Shown: positions 10,686-20,043 of the stretch, piece by piece | Layout: the number at the start of each line of letters is the position of its first letter | Numbering within the stretch: the first letter of the stretch is position 1 | From: Desulfotalea psychrophila LSv54 | GTDB taxonomy: Bacteria; Desulfobacterota; Desulfobulbia; Desulfobulbales; Desulfocapsaceae | DNA: 32,000 nucleotides | Assembly: GCF_000025945.1 (NCBI RefSeq) | Contig: NC_006138.1 | Coordinates: forward strand, 2,760,001-2,792,000 | Direction: 5' to 3' | Program-made: the position numbers and the translations under genes | Notes under the pieces: generated by a model | The model's input: only the letters and a program-made list of their open reading frames with translations | What the model was told of the DNA's origin: nothing | The model's database searches: none

Positions 10686-10769
10686 TTATCGTCCTCTCTC
10701 AAATATTTTTGTAGTTACCAATACCCACCATCGACCTTTTATATCTGTCAGTTGGACACTATTTTTCAA

Positions 10770-12494
10770 TCACTTCATATTGAGCACATCTCTCATAGCT
10801 CGTGCGGCAATTGGCCCCGCCACCTTGGCACCCAGGCCACCATGCTCGACTATAACGGCCACTGCATATCTTGGCTTATCCGCAGGGGCAAGACCTACAA
10901 ACCAGGAGTGATCTGCTCTGCCTCTACCTGTTTCTGCTGTACCCGTTTTACCAAGCAGTTGGGTCGTTTCACCTTTAGGGAGGATAGAGCTCAAAATATA
11001 CTTGCCTCTGTACTTATAGAGCTTAGGAATTGAGTAACCAGTACCAGTCTGCATAACCTTCTTCATCATCTCAACAAGCATTTTGGCCGTATCCTTCCTA
11101 CAGCTTCTCCCCACCTCGCCCTTAGTATCTGGCCATTGATTAATAAGACCTACACTTGCATCATGGTCAGAGAAATAGGCTCCCCTCACCAGTCTTGGTT
11201 TCATCATCACTCCATCATTGCCGATAGCTGCAATGGTGAGAGCCATTTGCAGAGGCGTTGCCAGGACCACATTTTGGCCAATGGCACCCTGGGCCACCAG
11301 TTTGGGATTATTGTTAAAATTTAATGCTGTCCACTCCCTACCACTGTTCACAGCTGGATACCCTGCAAAGGCAAGCGACTGCAGACTGGTACTCTTTTTT
11401 CCTGCTGGTAACCAAGATCGATTAAAGCCAAAACGGTTTGCCTCTTTTAAAAGAAGAGGGCCAAGCCTCACCCCAATATCACTAAAAAAGACATTGCAGG
11501 AGACAGACACCGCCGTCTGCAGGCTCACCCAACCATGACCTCGTTTATTATGATCACTAATACCCAGTGTTTTATGACGTCCCCTACATCTCATGCCCCA
11601 TTTTATGTCAAAATCAGTTCGATCAGCCCAAGCGGCTGCTGTGACCAGCTTAAAGGTAGAGCCCGGCGGGTAGCGTCGTTCAAGCGTACGATTGACAAAG
11701 CCACTCCTATATCCTTTTTTAACTTCATCTTCCCAATACTTACCCGCTGGTTGACTTGGATCGAATGCCGGGGTTGAGACAGCGGCAAGCATTTCACCAC
11801 TATTAATATCAAGCACAACCACAGCACCGGTTTTATGTGCCATTGATTGATAAATTTTTTGTTGAACCGCTCCATCAATTGTAAGCTTTATATCTGTCGT
11901 TTTTTGTCGGCCACTTGCCAATCGATAAAAGGATGAAAAGGCGGAAGAGTGCTGCCGACCGGCAAGCCAGCTATTGAGTGTTTTTTCAAGGCCCTTTAAG
12001 CCATAAATGGGATGAGCCACCCCAAGAAGTGGTGCCGTAGCTAAACCCAAGGGATACTTTCTGGTAATGTTCCCCACCATACCCTGTATGGATTCGGCAA
12101 GAACAAGACCATTTCTATCAAGGATGCGGCCTCTATCCTCAAGGTTTTTACCTTGAGTTATACGATGGTTTGCAACCCTGAACCCATCACCGTCAATTTT
12201 GAATTTGTTGTTTTTATAGGAGAAAAAACGCGTTCTTTTACCAATAAACCGGGTAAGACGTTTACCGTACATCTGCTCTAATGCAGCCTGGTCAATGAAT
12301 ACCTCACCATTTTTTTCTGTAATAGCATCTGTTTGTTCAGCTATATAGATCTTATTAATTATTTTCTGCTCGATATATGGTGTATTGGTAAGATCGTCCC
12401 CCTGAATAATCACCCGAAAAAAAACCCCAAAGAGTAAGCCAAGAACAAGCAAAGCAAAAAAGATGAGCAGGGTGCTGATTCTTTTTCTATACAC
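10770..12494 (-). CDS. pbpA: Class B penicillin-binding protein (PbpA/FtsI-like)
   Basis: N-terminal TM; RGRILDRNG; PPGSTFKL (SxxK), SCN, KTGTAE motifs. Gene symbol by similarity of architecture and context. Confidence 0.88.
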   Translation of the reverse strand: MYRKRISTLLIFFALLVLGLLFGVFFRVIIQGDDLTNTPYIEQKIINKIYIAEQTDAITEKNGEVFIDQAALEQMYGKRLTRFIGKRTRFFSYKNNKFKIDGDGFRVANHRITQGKNLEDRGRILDRNGLVLAESIQGMVGNITRKYPLGLATAPLLGVAHPIYGLKGLEKTLNSWLAGRQHSSAFSSFYRLASGRQKTTDIKLTIDGAVQQKIYQSMAHKTGAVVVLDINSGEMLAAVSTPAFDPSQPAGKYWEDEVKKGYRSGFVNRTLERRYPPGSTFKLVTAAAWADRTDFDIKWGMRCRGRHKTLGISDHNKRGHGWVSLQTAVSVSCNVFFSDIGVRLGPLLLKEANRFGFNRSWLPAGKKSTSLQSLAFAGYPAVNSGREWTALNFNNNPKLVAQGAIGQNVVLATPLQMALTIAAIGNDGVMMKPRLVRGAYFSDHDASVGLINQWPDTKGEVGRSCRKDTAKMLVEMMKKVMQTGTGYSIPKLYKYRGKYILSSILPKGETTQLLGKTGTAETGRGRADHSWFVGLAPADKPRYAVAVIVEHGGLGAKVAGPIAARAMRDVLNMK

Positions 12495-13122
12495 TTTGCA
12501 GCTCCTCTCTGGCTAATCGTGGGAGAAAATTCTCTTCAAGCCAACGAGACACCTCTACTTCAAGCAGGTACACTCTCAAGCCTCTTTGTTTTAAAATCCA
12601 GTTTATACTCTCACTGTTTTTGCACCCGCAGAGCAGTTTCTGAACAAAACCATATGTTTTCGCTATATACTGAACAAGCGTTGAGACCTGCGCAGAGGCA
12701 AGACTTTTGCTGGTTCTATCGAAGGGTGTAAACGACAAATCCAGGAATTGAAGCGGAAGTAGTCCATCACGAACCAGCCCCTGCTCTAATGCTTGTAAAC
12801 ACGCTCTGGGAAGTTTTTGAGCCAGATATACAGCAAATCCTTCATCGAGCCCGACAGGAAGATTAGCGCCGGTATACTCTCTCATCATAAAGTGTACACA
12901 TTCATGACAGACCATATTGGCAAGGGCCGTATCGTTTGGCACCTTTTCTTCTGTTACCGCCATCCTTATAATGCGCCAACTATCGACACCAACCCAAGTA
13001 AGCAGCTCACCTTTATTAATTATGGCGTGGCTATCTATCCACTGTCTCCAATCAGGGTAGACCTCTATTATAAGTGAAGCTGTAAAGCCCTCCATCAACT
13101 CAATATTACAATCACAGGTCAT
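12487..13122 (-). CDS. HExxH zinc metallopeptidase (peptidase MA-like gluzincin)
   Basis: MVCHECVHFMMREYTG...LPVGLDEGFAVYLAQ: HECVH + downstream E in DEGFA. Starts at the stop of the RodA gene and overlaps the PBP start by 8 nt. Confidence 0.75.
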   Translation of the reverse strand: MTCDCNIELMEGFTASLIIEVYPDWRQWIDSHAIINKGELLTWVGVDSWRIIRMAVTEEKVPNDTALANMVCHECVHFMMREYTGANLPVGLDEGFAVYLAQKLPRACLQALEQGLVRDGLLPLQFLDLSFTPFDRTSKSLASAQVSTLVQYIAKTYGFVQKLLCGCKNSESINWILKQRGLRVYLLEVEVSRWLEENFLPRLAREELQSV

Positions 13123-14687
13123 TATTCTTTGCCCTCACACAGAGTAGTAAGGACTTCTTTTGACATGCTGATGGAAGAGATCTGCATAATAAGGGCCAGA
13201 CTAATAAAGTTCATAATCAACGAGCTACCACCAAAACTGATGAAGGGCAGAGTGATGCCTGTCAAAGGCAGCAGAGCAAGATTGCCACCGACAATCACCA
13301 TGGTCTGTAACAACCACAGGCAGCCAAGCCCGGTGCCAAGTAACTGTAGATAGGGTTCATTGCACCTCTGAGCTGATCGCACTGAAACATAGGCAAGTGA
13401 TGCAAAGCAGACAAGCACTGAAAGCGCGCCAAAAAAGCCCCACTCTTCAACAATGGCCGCAAAGTTAAAATCAGACCAGACCACTGGAATCTTATAGGCC
13501 ATTCCTGCCCCCGGCCCCACTCCAAACCAGCCTCCACTCGCCGCAGCCCAAAGCGATTCTGCAATGTTCTGCGAATAAAGAAATGGTTCAAACCACATAT
13601 CAAGACGTGTTCTCACCATGGAAGGATAGCCAAAGCTATAGCTCAAGGCTCCAGCTGCGACCATAATGATGATGCCGCTCAGGGCCGAAATCCCTGAGCC
13701 GCTACCAAGATAAAAAAGCAAAAGAAAAAGAGTAAACAACAAGGCTGTGGGGCCGAGATCTTTCTGCAAAAAAATCGGAAGAAGGACGAGAATCCACATA
13801 ATAAAATAGGGGGCAAGGTATCTCCCCCGAGGCAATCCCAGGAGATGGCGGCCTCGCTCCATGAAACCACCTTCAAACCTGAAATAACTCACCATAAAAA
13901 AGAGCGCCATTATCTTTACAAGCTCAACGCTTTGGAAATTCATCACCCCAAGGTTTATGGAGAGCCTCCTACCGTGCATCTCGGTGCCAACAACTGCGGT
14001 AAGACAGATGAGCACAATAGAACCAAAGGCATATATGTAGCGAAAGCGGGTTAGTCGTTCAATTCGCTGAGGAGTCAAGTAAAGCAGAGCTACCATGAAA
14101 GCAATCAGAGAAAACAAAAAGGAGATATACTGATTCCAAAAAAGAAAGGTGAAACCTGCTTTATGGCTCTTAATGGCAATATCCGGTCCCAACCGATAAA
14201 GGAGGACAAGACCAGTGCCAACAAGCATGGTAACCATTGGCAGCAGAGGTGAGGCACGTAGAGGTATTTTAATATTTAAAAACAGATGGATCAGCCAAAT
14301 AGGCACAAGATATAGCCCCACGGCCAGAAGCGACTGAGAGAAGACGCTGATACCGGGCAGGAAGGGAAAGGTATTCCAATGCTCACCGCCATGGAGCAGC
14401 CTGCCCTGTCCTGCCAGCACGAAAAGAGCCAACAGAATAATAGAAAACCCCATAAGCGAGATGGCTTCGTTCCTTCGAATTGCAGCAGCTTCTGGTTTTT
14501 CACCCTCGGTCCATAAATAAAGTGTAGCACACAACCAGCTTAAGAGAGCTACGATCACTATTACATGACAGGTAAAATGAAAATTATGACCAATAAACAA
14601 AGCAGAACCAATACGGTACAGCAACAGACCAGCGAGACACAGTAAAACAACCTTAAGCAACAATACATTTTTCCTGCTCACAGGCAC
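13122..14687 (-). CDS. rodA: SEDS family protein (FtsW/RodA-like)
   Basis: About 12 hydrophobic segments; FFLQKDLGPTALLFTLFLLLFYLGSG, GFFGALSVLVCFASLAYVS, LPLTGITLPFISFGGSSLIMNFISLALI. Confidence 0.9.
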   Translation of the reverse strand: MPVSRKNVLLLKVVLLCLAGLLLYRIGSALFIGHNFHFTCHVIVIVALLSWLCATLYLWTEGEKPEAAAIRRNEAISLMGFSIILLALFVLAGQGRLLHGGEHWNTFPFLPGISVFSQSLLAVGLYLVPIWLIHLFLNIKIPLRASPLLPMVTMLVGTGLVLLYRLGPDIAIKSHKAGFTFLFWNQYISFLFSLIAFMVALLYLTPQRIERLTRFRYIYAFGSIVLICLTAVVGTEMHGRRLSINLGVMNFQSVELVKIMALFFMVSYFRFEGGFMERGRHLLGLPRGRYLAPYFIMWILVLLPIFLQKDLGPTALLFTLFLLLFYLGSGSGISALSGIIIMVAAGALSYSFGYPSMVRTRLDMWFEPFLYSQNIAESLWAAASGGWFGVGPGAGMAYKIPVVWSDFNFAAIVEEWGFFGALSVLVCFASLAYVSVRSAQRCNEPYLQLLGTGLGCLWLLQTMVIVGGNLALLPLTGITLPFISFGGSSLIMNFISLALIMQISSISMSKEVLTTLCEGKE

Positions 14688-15367
14688 ACCTCGATTTTGC
14701 TGGCTCCCAGTTGTAGGACATCACCATTATTTAAGACATAAACACCTATTATTCTGTGTTGATTAATGAGTGTACCGTTACCTGAAGCAAGATCTTCAAT
14801 TGTTGCGCATGATTCATCTATAGTCAGTTGACAATGTTTCCTGGAAACAAGATGATCTTCCTGACCAATCTGAACATCCGCCTCCGCACCTCTTCCGATG
14901 ATATATGTACCCGTTCCAAGCTCAATTGGTTCAGGCTGCTTCTCTGAAATTATATGAAAGGCAACACAACTCTTTGCAGGTTTTTGGGTAAAGAGAGGAT
15001 CGTGCTCCACAACTTCTTCCAGTTCCTCCACAACAGGTCTTGAACAGCTTGATTTAATTAGGGCTTTTTCACCAAGTCTTCCGCCATCTGCAATGGTAAC
15101 TTGAGGAGGAGATCGCAAAAATGAATATTTTTGGGAAGAGGCAAGGCCGATGAGTAGAGTAGAGAGCTCTTTTTCTAAAGAGGGTAAGAATGGTTTATGC
15201 TCTTTAAATTCGGCGGAATCGAACAGTATCTCATATCTGTCAGATATCACGGTAATATCTCTGAATACTTTCTTGCTCTTTGACATCTCACCTGTCAAAA
15301 GAGTTACAAGATCACACCCACCCATTCTTTTCTTAAAAAGAAACACATTTTTAAGCAGGTTTAGCAT
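14678..15367 (-). CDS. FHA-domain protein with FhaA/DUF3662-like N-terminal domain
   Basis: C-terminus YIIGRGAEADVQIGQEDHLVSRKHCQLTIDESCATIEDLASGNGTLINQHRI has GR, SRKH and NGT FHA motifs; N-terminal RYEILFDSAEFKEHKPFLPSLEKELSTLL resembles the DUF3662 pattern. Confidence 0.85.
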   Translation of the reverse strand: MLNLLKNVFLFKKRMGGCDLVTLLTGEMSKSKKVFRDITVISDRYEILFDSAEFKEHKPFLPSLEKELSTLLIGLASSQKYSFLRSPPQVTIADGGRLGEKALIKSSCSRPVVEELEEVVEHDPLFTQKPAKSCVAFHIISEKQPEPIELGTGTYIIGRGAEADVQIGQEDHLVSRKHCQLTIDESCATIEDLASGNGTLINQHRIIGVYVLNNGDVLQLGASKIEVCL

Positions 15368-15681
15368 ATTTTTTCTGCCTCTACTTTTTCAGGGCTGATA
15401 AAAGAAAGGAACCATCCTGTGAAACACCGAGACGCCAGTAGTTCCAAGAAAGCATCCAATAACAATAGGATTCAATCTATTTTTCCACATAGTTCCAGTT
15501 AATATCAACAATATTATTATTTTCAGCCTATTTTCCCTGACTAAAACATCACTTCCTGCCGGAGTAATATAATAAGGGCAACAGGCTAAAATTTGAAAAG
15601 TGGCCCTACCCCTGATATGGTTAAGTCCACATTAACTCGTTATAATATGAGGGATAGGAGGCTCAGATAGTTAGACAAAGG

Positions 15682-15711
15682 CGGAGAAAATATGATGCCG
15701 ATTTTAAACGT
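15682..15711 (+). pseudogene. Possible N-terminal remnant of an IS3-type transposase (orfA)
   Basis: CGGAGAAAATATGATGCCGATTTTAAACGT reads RRKYDADFKR, a typical IS3 orfA start, then is interrupted. Confidence 0.25.
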
Positions 15712-16015
15712 TCGACCCCAAAATAATGAAAGTAAAAATTCAATCACTTTTTGAATACGGCGGCACAGAAAGACGCATCTTTCCTCAACCGAAAAAATGG
15801 GCTCAAATATGGAAAATGCTTCCAGATAAAAATCATAAAGGTTCTGGGTGACAGCCACTGCTCCCCCTGAATTTGGGGGGCATGGTGACACACTACAACT
15901 AGCGAAAAGAAGGACAAATTTAAACTGCACTTAATGTAGAGCGAAGAAAAGGGCATTTTGAGTCAAGTGAATTCATTTTAACGACAATTGACAGAAAAGG
16001 ATTGGTGAATAATAG

Positions 16016-16450
16016 ATGAGTGATTTGCCTGAGTATGTAAAAAACACCTTGGATGAATGGGATTCAATATCCTACTTTGCGTATGATTGTTATGAAAAGG
16101 TAGGAAGGGTTGCTGTCGGAATTGAGGCTGACCCTGACAATCCTGCTGGCGCAAGACTCCTAGCTTTTCAATACGATTTTCAAGACGGGAAACCTGACAA
16201 AAAAACAGCTCAGATATTAGAGATTTACGACCCTGAAAATGAAATTGTAATTCAGTTCATGCATGATGACGGACAAGTTCAGACTCTAAAATTAAGAACT
16301 GCACCAGACGCTCGTCATCCCAAACGGATTTTCTTTTTTGAAACTTTACGCAAGTTATCAGAGGAACCATCTACAGTTAATTTATCTGAACTGCCAGCAT
16401 GGATGATAGAGGCGTTAGAACAATTGGATGAAATAAAGAAAGATCAATAA
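16016..16450 (+). CDS. Hypothetical acidic protein, 144 aa
   Basis: Continuous ORF with coherent composition, immediately preceded by purine-rich sequence; no family recognised. Confidence 0.6.
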   Translation: MSDLPEYVKNTLDEWDSISYFAYDCYEKVGRVAVGIEADPDNPAGARLLAFQYDFQDGKPDKKTAQILEIYDPENEIVIQFMHDDGQVQTLKLRTAPDARHPKRIFFFETLRKLSEEPSTVNLSELPAWMIEALEQLDEIKKDQ

Positions 16451-16602
16451 GGTCGAAAATTGCGCTCGCCAGACGGCAAAAATCACGATGGTGCTATCGC
16501 GACAAGTTTGGATAAGCCGCTGGTAATGCAAGGCATTATGGGTGCAAAAATGACTCATAATATATTCAAGTCATGTATAGAAAATTCGATGAAAGTATTT
16601 TG

Positions 16603-17051
16603 GGTCGTGTTGCCAAATTGTTGTTTAGCAAAATTCTCTCTCTATCTGCGATAACATGCAGCCCGGTGCTTTTTGAAAACCCGATTGTTTTACGGTTGAG
16701 TCGCTTCAGCCTCGTTCGCAAATTCAGATTCTGTCGTTCGATTCATGAACACAGCTTTCTCACAGCTTTTCAGAAGGTAATTCAGCACGATAGGTTTCAA
16801 GCTGTCCATGCAGAAAAGCCTTATATCGAAAGATGGCAACAACCACAGAAGTGACTTGCATGCTTCGGTATCCTGCCGAAAGCATGGGCGATGATCGGCC
16901 AGCGTAGTTTCCATGCACCCCACCTTAAGAACCCTTGCCATGCCGCCTTAGCATCAGTGCTACCACAAAATCGACACTACCTTTACTATGACCATACCAG
17001 AACCTTAAAAAAAATGACTATACCATCACTTCAACGTTTTGGCATCACGCC
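16603..17051. repeat. MITE-like repeat element E1 with imperfect terminal inverted repeats
   Basis: Left end GGTCGTGTTGCCAAAT, right end TTTTGGCATCACGCC (reverse complement GGCGTGATGCCAAAA). Interior from 16713 is a diverged direct repeat of 17964-18307. Confidence 0.6.
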
Positions 17052-17195
17052 TAACAATATGGCAACACGAGCAAAATTTGCCTTAAGTGGGAAATCAGAG
17101 AAGCGGAAACTACTTTAGCTGTTTTGCTTGAAACACTTATTAAAAAATATAGAAGGCTTAGTTACTGGGACAGTAAATCTATCATTTATTTTATA

Positions 17196-17738
17196 CTATT
17201 CGAACAACCAATAACGAGTAGGGTTGTCCGGGCATTGGCCGAGACCGCATTCGGCAAAAGTCAACACGACCAAAGTTAAACTCAGTGTTATGGCAAAAAT
17301 AGTAATATAGCGAGTAGCCTTATCACGTTGCTGAACAATCATCCCCAAAGTGATAGTTCTCTCTTGAAGTAACATTATAGCTGAAAATACTAAGGAACAG
17401 AAAAAGGCTATACCGGCCCAGGTATACATATGGTAGCCCCAAATTGGAGCACCATAGTTGCCTGTCCCGGGCACTATATGAAGTAGTATTTGACGAACGG
17501 AACCAGCCATGCCAAATAGGGCACTTATAAGAATTATGCCGTAGTGGGAAGTTCTCATTCCAAAATTGAGATTTAGGACAGCTCCGATTAGCATACATAC
17601 AAACGCTAAACGTTGGAGCATGCAAAGTGGGCAAGGCAATTCGCCAAGGAATAACTGAATTACAAGAGAGGAAATCAGTATCCCTCCTACCACAAAAATG
17701 AACAGGAAATTCAAGAATCTAGCGATAGATATTGGCAT
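17196..17738 (-). CDS. dsbB: Disulfide bond formation protein B-like membrane protein
   Basis: GELPCPLCMLQRLAF (CxxC in a TM context) plus further membrane helices and C-terminal CGLGQCP. Preferred start is ATG 17736-17738 (MPISIARF) behind GGGAGATATA, not the longer track ORF start at 17783. Confidence 0.8.
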   Translation of the reverse strand: MPISIARFLNFLFIFVVGGILISSLVIQLFLGELPCPLCMLQRLAFVCMLIGAVLNLNFGMRTSHYGIILISALFGMAGSVRQILLHIVPGTGNYGAPIWGYHMYTWAGIAFFCSLVFSAIMLLQERTITLGMIVQQRDKATRYITIFAITLSLTLVVLTFAECGLGQCPDNPTRYWLFE

Positions 17739-17757
17739 TATATCTCCCGAGATAAGA

Positions 17758-17913
17758 TTATAAATTGATATTGATAGAATCACTCATATGATGAACCAAC
17801 CACATAATTCCCAATGCCAACGTTACAAATGATGTCAATATTGCCGGTTGTCTCAAACCTTTATAAATAAGACCGAAAACTATGACTGTTAGAGTAAAAA
17901 GAATGCCCGTCAT
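17758..17913 (-). CDS. Small membrane protein, 51 aa (below the ORF track cutoff)
   Basis: MTGILFTLTVIVFGLIYKGLRQPAILTSFVTLALGIMWLVHHMSDSININL*, two hydrophobic segments, strong GGAGG Shine-Dalgarno 7 nt upstream, directly upstream of the dsbB-like gene. Confidence 0.65.
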   Translation of the reverse strand: MTGILFTLTVIVFGLIYKGLRQPAILTSFVTLALGIMWLVHHMSDSININL

Positions 17914-17958
17914 ATGTTCACCTCCAAAAAAAATTAATTTTCATAGTGTTTCAAAATA

Positions 17959-18307
17959 GGGTCGTGTTGGCAAAATTAAATTTTGTCGTTCGATTCATGG
18001 CCACAGCTTCCCCACAGCTTTTCAGCAGGCAATTCAGCACGATAGGCTTCAAGCTGTCCATGTAGAAAAACCTTATATTGAAAGGTGGCAACAACCCCAG
18101 AAATAATTTGCATGCTTCGCTATCCTGCCGAAAGCATGAAGGATGATCGTCCAACGTAGTTCCCATGCACCCCACCTTAAGGCCCCTTACCGCGCCGTCC
18201 TGCCTCATCAGTGCCAGCACAAAACCGACACTACTTTTACTGTAGCCATACCAGAACCTTAAAAAAGAGTGCCGATAGCATCACTTCAACGTTTTGGCAT
18301 CACGACC
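17959..18307. repeat. MITE-like repeat element E2, direct copy of E1 interior with related ends
   Basis: Left end GGTCGTGTTGGCAAAATT, right end CGTTTTGGCATCACGACC; shares blocks such as GTCGTTCGATTCATG, AATTCAGCACGATAGG, CTTCAAGCTGTCCATG, TATCCTGCCGAAAGCATG, ACCAGAACCTTAAAAAA. Confidence 0.65.
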
Positions 18308-18576
18308 GTATTTTGGCCTCTTTTGACATTTGAGTAGGTAATTGAATGCCATTCCTTCCAGAATCAACCTGAAAACATCCTACAGAGGAGGGTCTGATTG
18401 AAGCATTATTTCGTGGGTGCCCATCCTCCCACATGGCAGCATTCTTTTATACCGATGGTTCCAATATCACAGGTTAGGCACGCAAGAATCGAACAAAAGG
18501 GATAATTTTCCCCCCAACGAATATTAGCAGTATCACTGCAAGAATAATTCCCATAAAAACATTTGCTCCATTCAAC

Positions 18577-19350
18577 TTAAAACGTTGAATATGTCATCTC
18601 AAATGGTCCAATTTTAACAACACTTCCATCACGCAATAACATGCGTTCGCATACCTCACCATCCACAGTTACCTTTTTATAACCGAGACAATTTTCAAGA
18701 CAGACATCTCCATTTTGCATTATCTGGAACAACACTCCAGGAATATTTGTAAGCAACGAAGCTGAATTAATTTGCAAGCCTGCTTCAGCAGGCATAGTAG
18801 ACTCTACCTCAGGCGCCACAGATTCTCCTTCGTAATCACATACAATGGTCAAGGGTTCATCCAAATACTCATTTACGCCAGCCTGTACCGTTGACTGTGA
18901 TTCTTGCTCCTGCTTGGCACAAGAGAGGATGGTATCCCTCTCCATAGATTCTTCAAGTACCGTACTACTCAAGACCGTATCTGGCTCAGACTCACAACAG
19001 ACCAATCCTTTTATTTCTGGCCTTTTGGGTTTTACTTTGGTGCTTTCGAACAAGAACACCTCAAGATTTGAAGCGAGAACATATTTTCTTTCTTCTATAT
19101 GCCTTTCAAGCTCTGCTTGTATGTCAGAGCTGATAACTTTAAGAAAAGGATAAAGTTCGTTATAATCGTTGCTATGCAAGTAAATATGAAAAGTATTTGG
19201 TGCATAGGTTCGCCTGAGACCTTTTTTACATCCTTGTTCAAGACATCTCACCGCCAATCGGCATAAATCGATTGGATGAAAATCATTCCCCTGATGAAAT
19301 TTTTCCATTGGTATGTTCAGTATATTTTCTACTTTTGTCAAAAAACCCAT
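18577..19350 (-). CDS. FhaA/DUF3662-like protein with degenerate C-terminal FHA-like domain
   Basis: MGFLTKVENIL...HPIDLCRLAVRCLEQG...NTFHIYLHSNDYNELYPFLKVISSDIQAELERHIEERKYVLASNLEVFLFE matches the actinobacterial FhaA N-terminal pattern; C-terminus QNGDVCLENCLGYKKVTVDGEVCERMLLRDGSVVKIGPFEMTY resembles FHA strands but lacks GR and SxxH. Confidence 0.7.
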   Translation of the reverse strand: MGFLTKVENILNIPMEKFHQGNDFHPIDLCRLAVRCLEQGCKKGLRRTYAPNTFHIYLHSNDYNELYPFLKVISSDIQAELERHIEERKYVLASNLEVFLFESTKVKPKRPEIKGLVCCESEPDTVLSSTVLEESMERDTILSCAKQEQESQSTVQAGVNEYLDEPLTIVCDYEGESVAPEVESTMPAEAGLQINSASLLTNIPGVLFQIMQNGDVCLENCLGYKKVTVDGEVCERMLLRDGSVVKIGPFEMTYSTF

Positions 19351-19499
19351 GCTACCCCCTATTTCAATTATTTATTTTTATCTTCCTTTTTTCAAAATGA
19401 ACAGAGACTCACCTTTATGCATTTACTTTCATATTTTAGTCTTTTTTCACTCTCCCCATCCAATAAAAACCATCAACTTCCGAAAAAGTCGAGAATTTG

Positions 19500-19791
19500 A
19501 CTGCGAGGGACGGGTGCTCACCCCAGCGTTTATCGGTTTCATCCCGCAAGAGCGGGCTTGGATGGATGAGTTGCCAGAGGCAGGTTATACGGACACCTTC
19601 CGCCTCTTTCACCAAGACCCTGAAAACTATTAGTGGAGTTATCGCTTTAATGCTGGAAGCAAGAATATAGGCTGGCGGATCGGCTATTTCTGTGTCTCTG
19701 AAAATGACCAAAGGCGAATTGTTAATGCAGAGATCCTGCTGGATACCATGGGCTCTAATCACTGCCCCGTCCTCCTCGATTTTAAGAAGTA
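19500..19791 (+). pseudogene. 5'-truncated exodeoxyribonuclease III pseudogene, second copy
   Basis: [86 protein letters not shown]; in-frame TAG where copy 1 encodes SW, plus close nucleotide identity with 2-268. Confidence 0.88.
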
Positions 19792-19957
19792 GGGGCCAGG
19801 CAGGCGGGCAGGCCTGCCTGCTCTTTCAGCTCCCCGCAGCACAGGGGGGCCGAAGGGCCGTAGTGGCCGGGCTCCTTTCCCTCATCTCTTTTGAGTAAAA
19901 GAGATGAATAGCTCCAAAAAAGCATGACATCGGCACTTATCGAGTGAGCTTTATCAA

Positions 19958-19980
19958 AACAACAAATTGACATCACGACC
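19958..19980 (-). repeat. Solo end of the GGTCGTGATGCCAA repeat family
   Basis: AACAACAAATTGACATCACGACC; its reverse complement GGTCGTGATGTCAATTTGTTGTT matches 22128-22150 at 21/23. Confidence 0.6.
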
Positions 19981-20043
19981 TATTTTTTGGGGTCGTTTCA
20001 AATAGAGCGGCCAAAGAATAGAATAATTACCACCGTTACTATG

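Noticed and set aside
15640-15956. ORFs 15640..15930 (-) and 15744..15956 (-) as genes
   Set aside because: Mutually overlapping in different frames with Phe/Ser/Leu-rich translations; the region looks like mobile element debris.
17323-17634. ORF 17323..17634 (-)
   Set aside because: Same-strand shadow ORF of the dsbB-like gene in another frame; the translation is scrambled DsbB sequence.
16690-18220. ORFs 16690..16941 (-) and 17951..18220 (-) as a paralogous protein pair
   Set aside because: They are similar only because they lie in repeats E1 and E2; ends do not coincide, starts differ and flanking frames are disrupted. Could be transposase decay, but not supportable as genes.
19436-19762. 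ORF 19436..19762 (-)
   Set aside because: Antisense to the recognisable xthA pseudogene.
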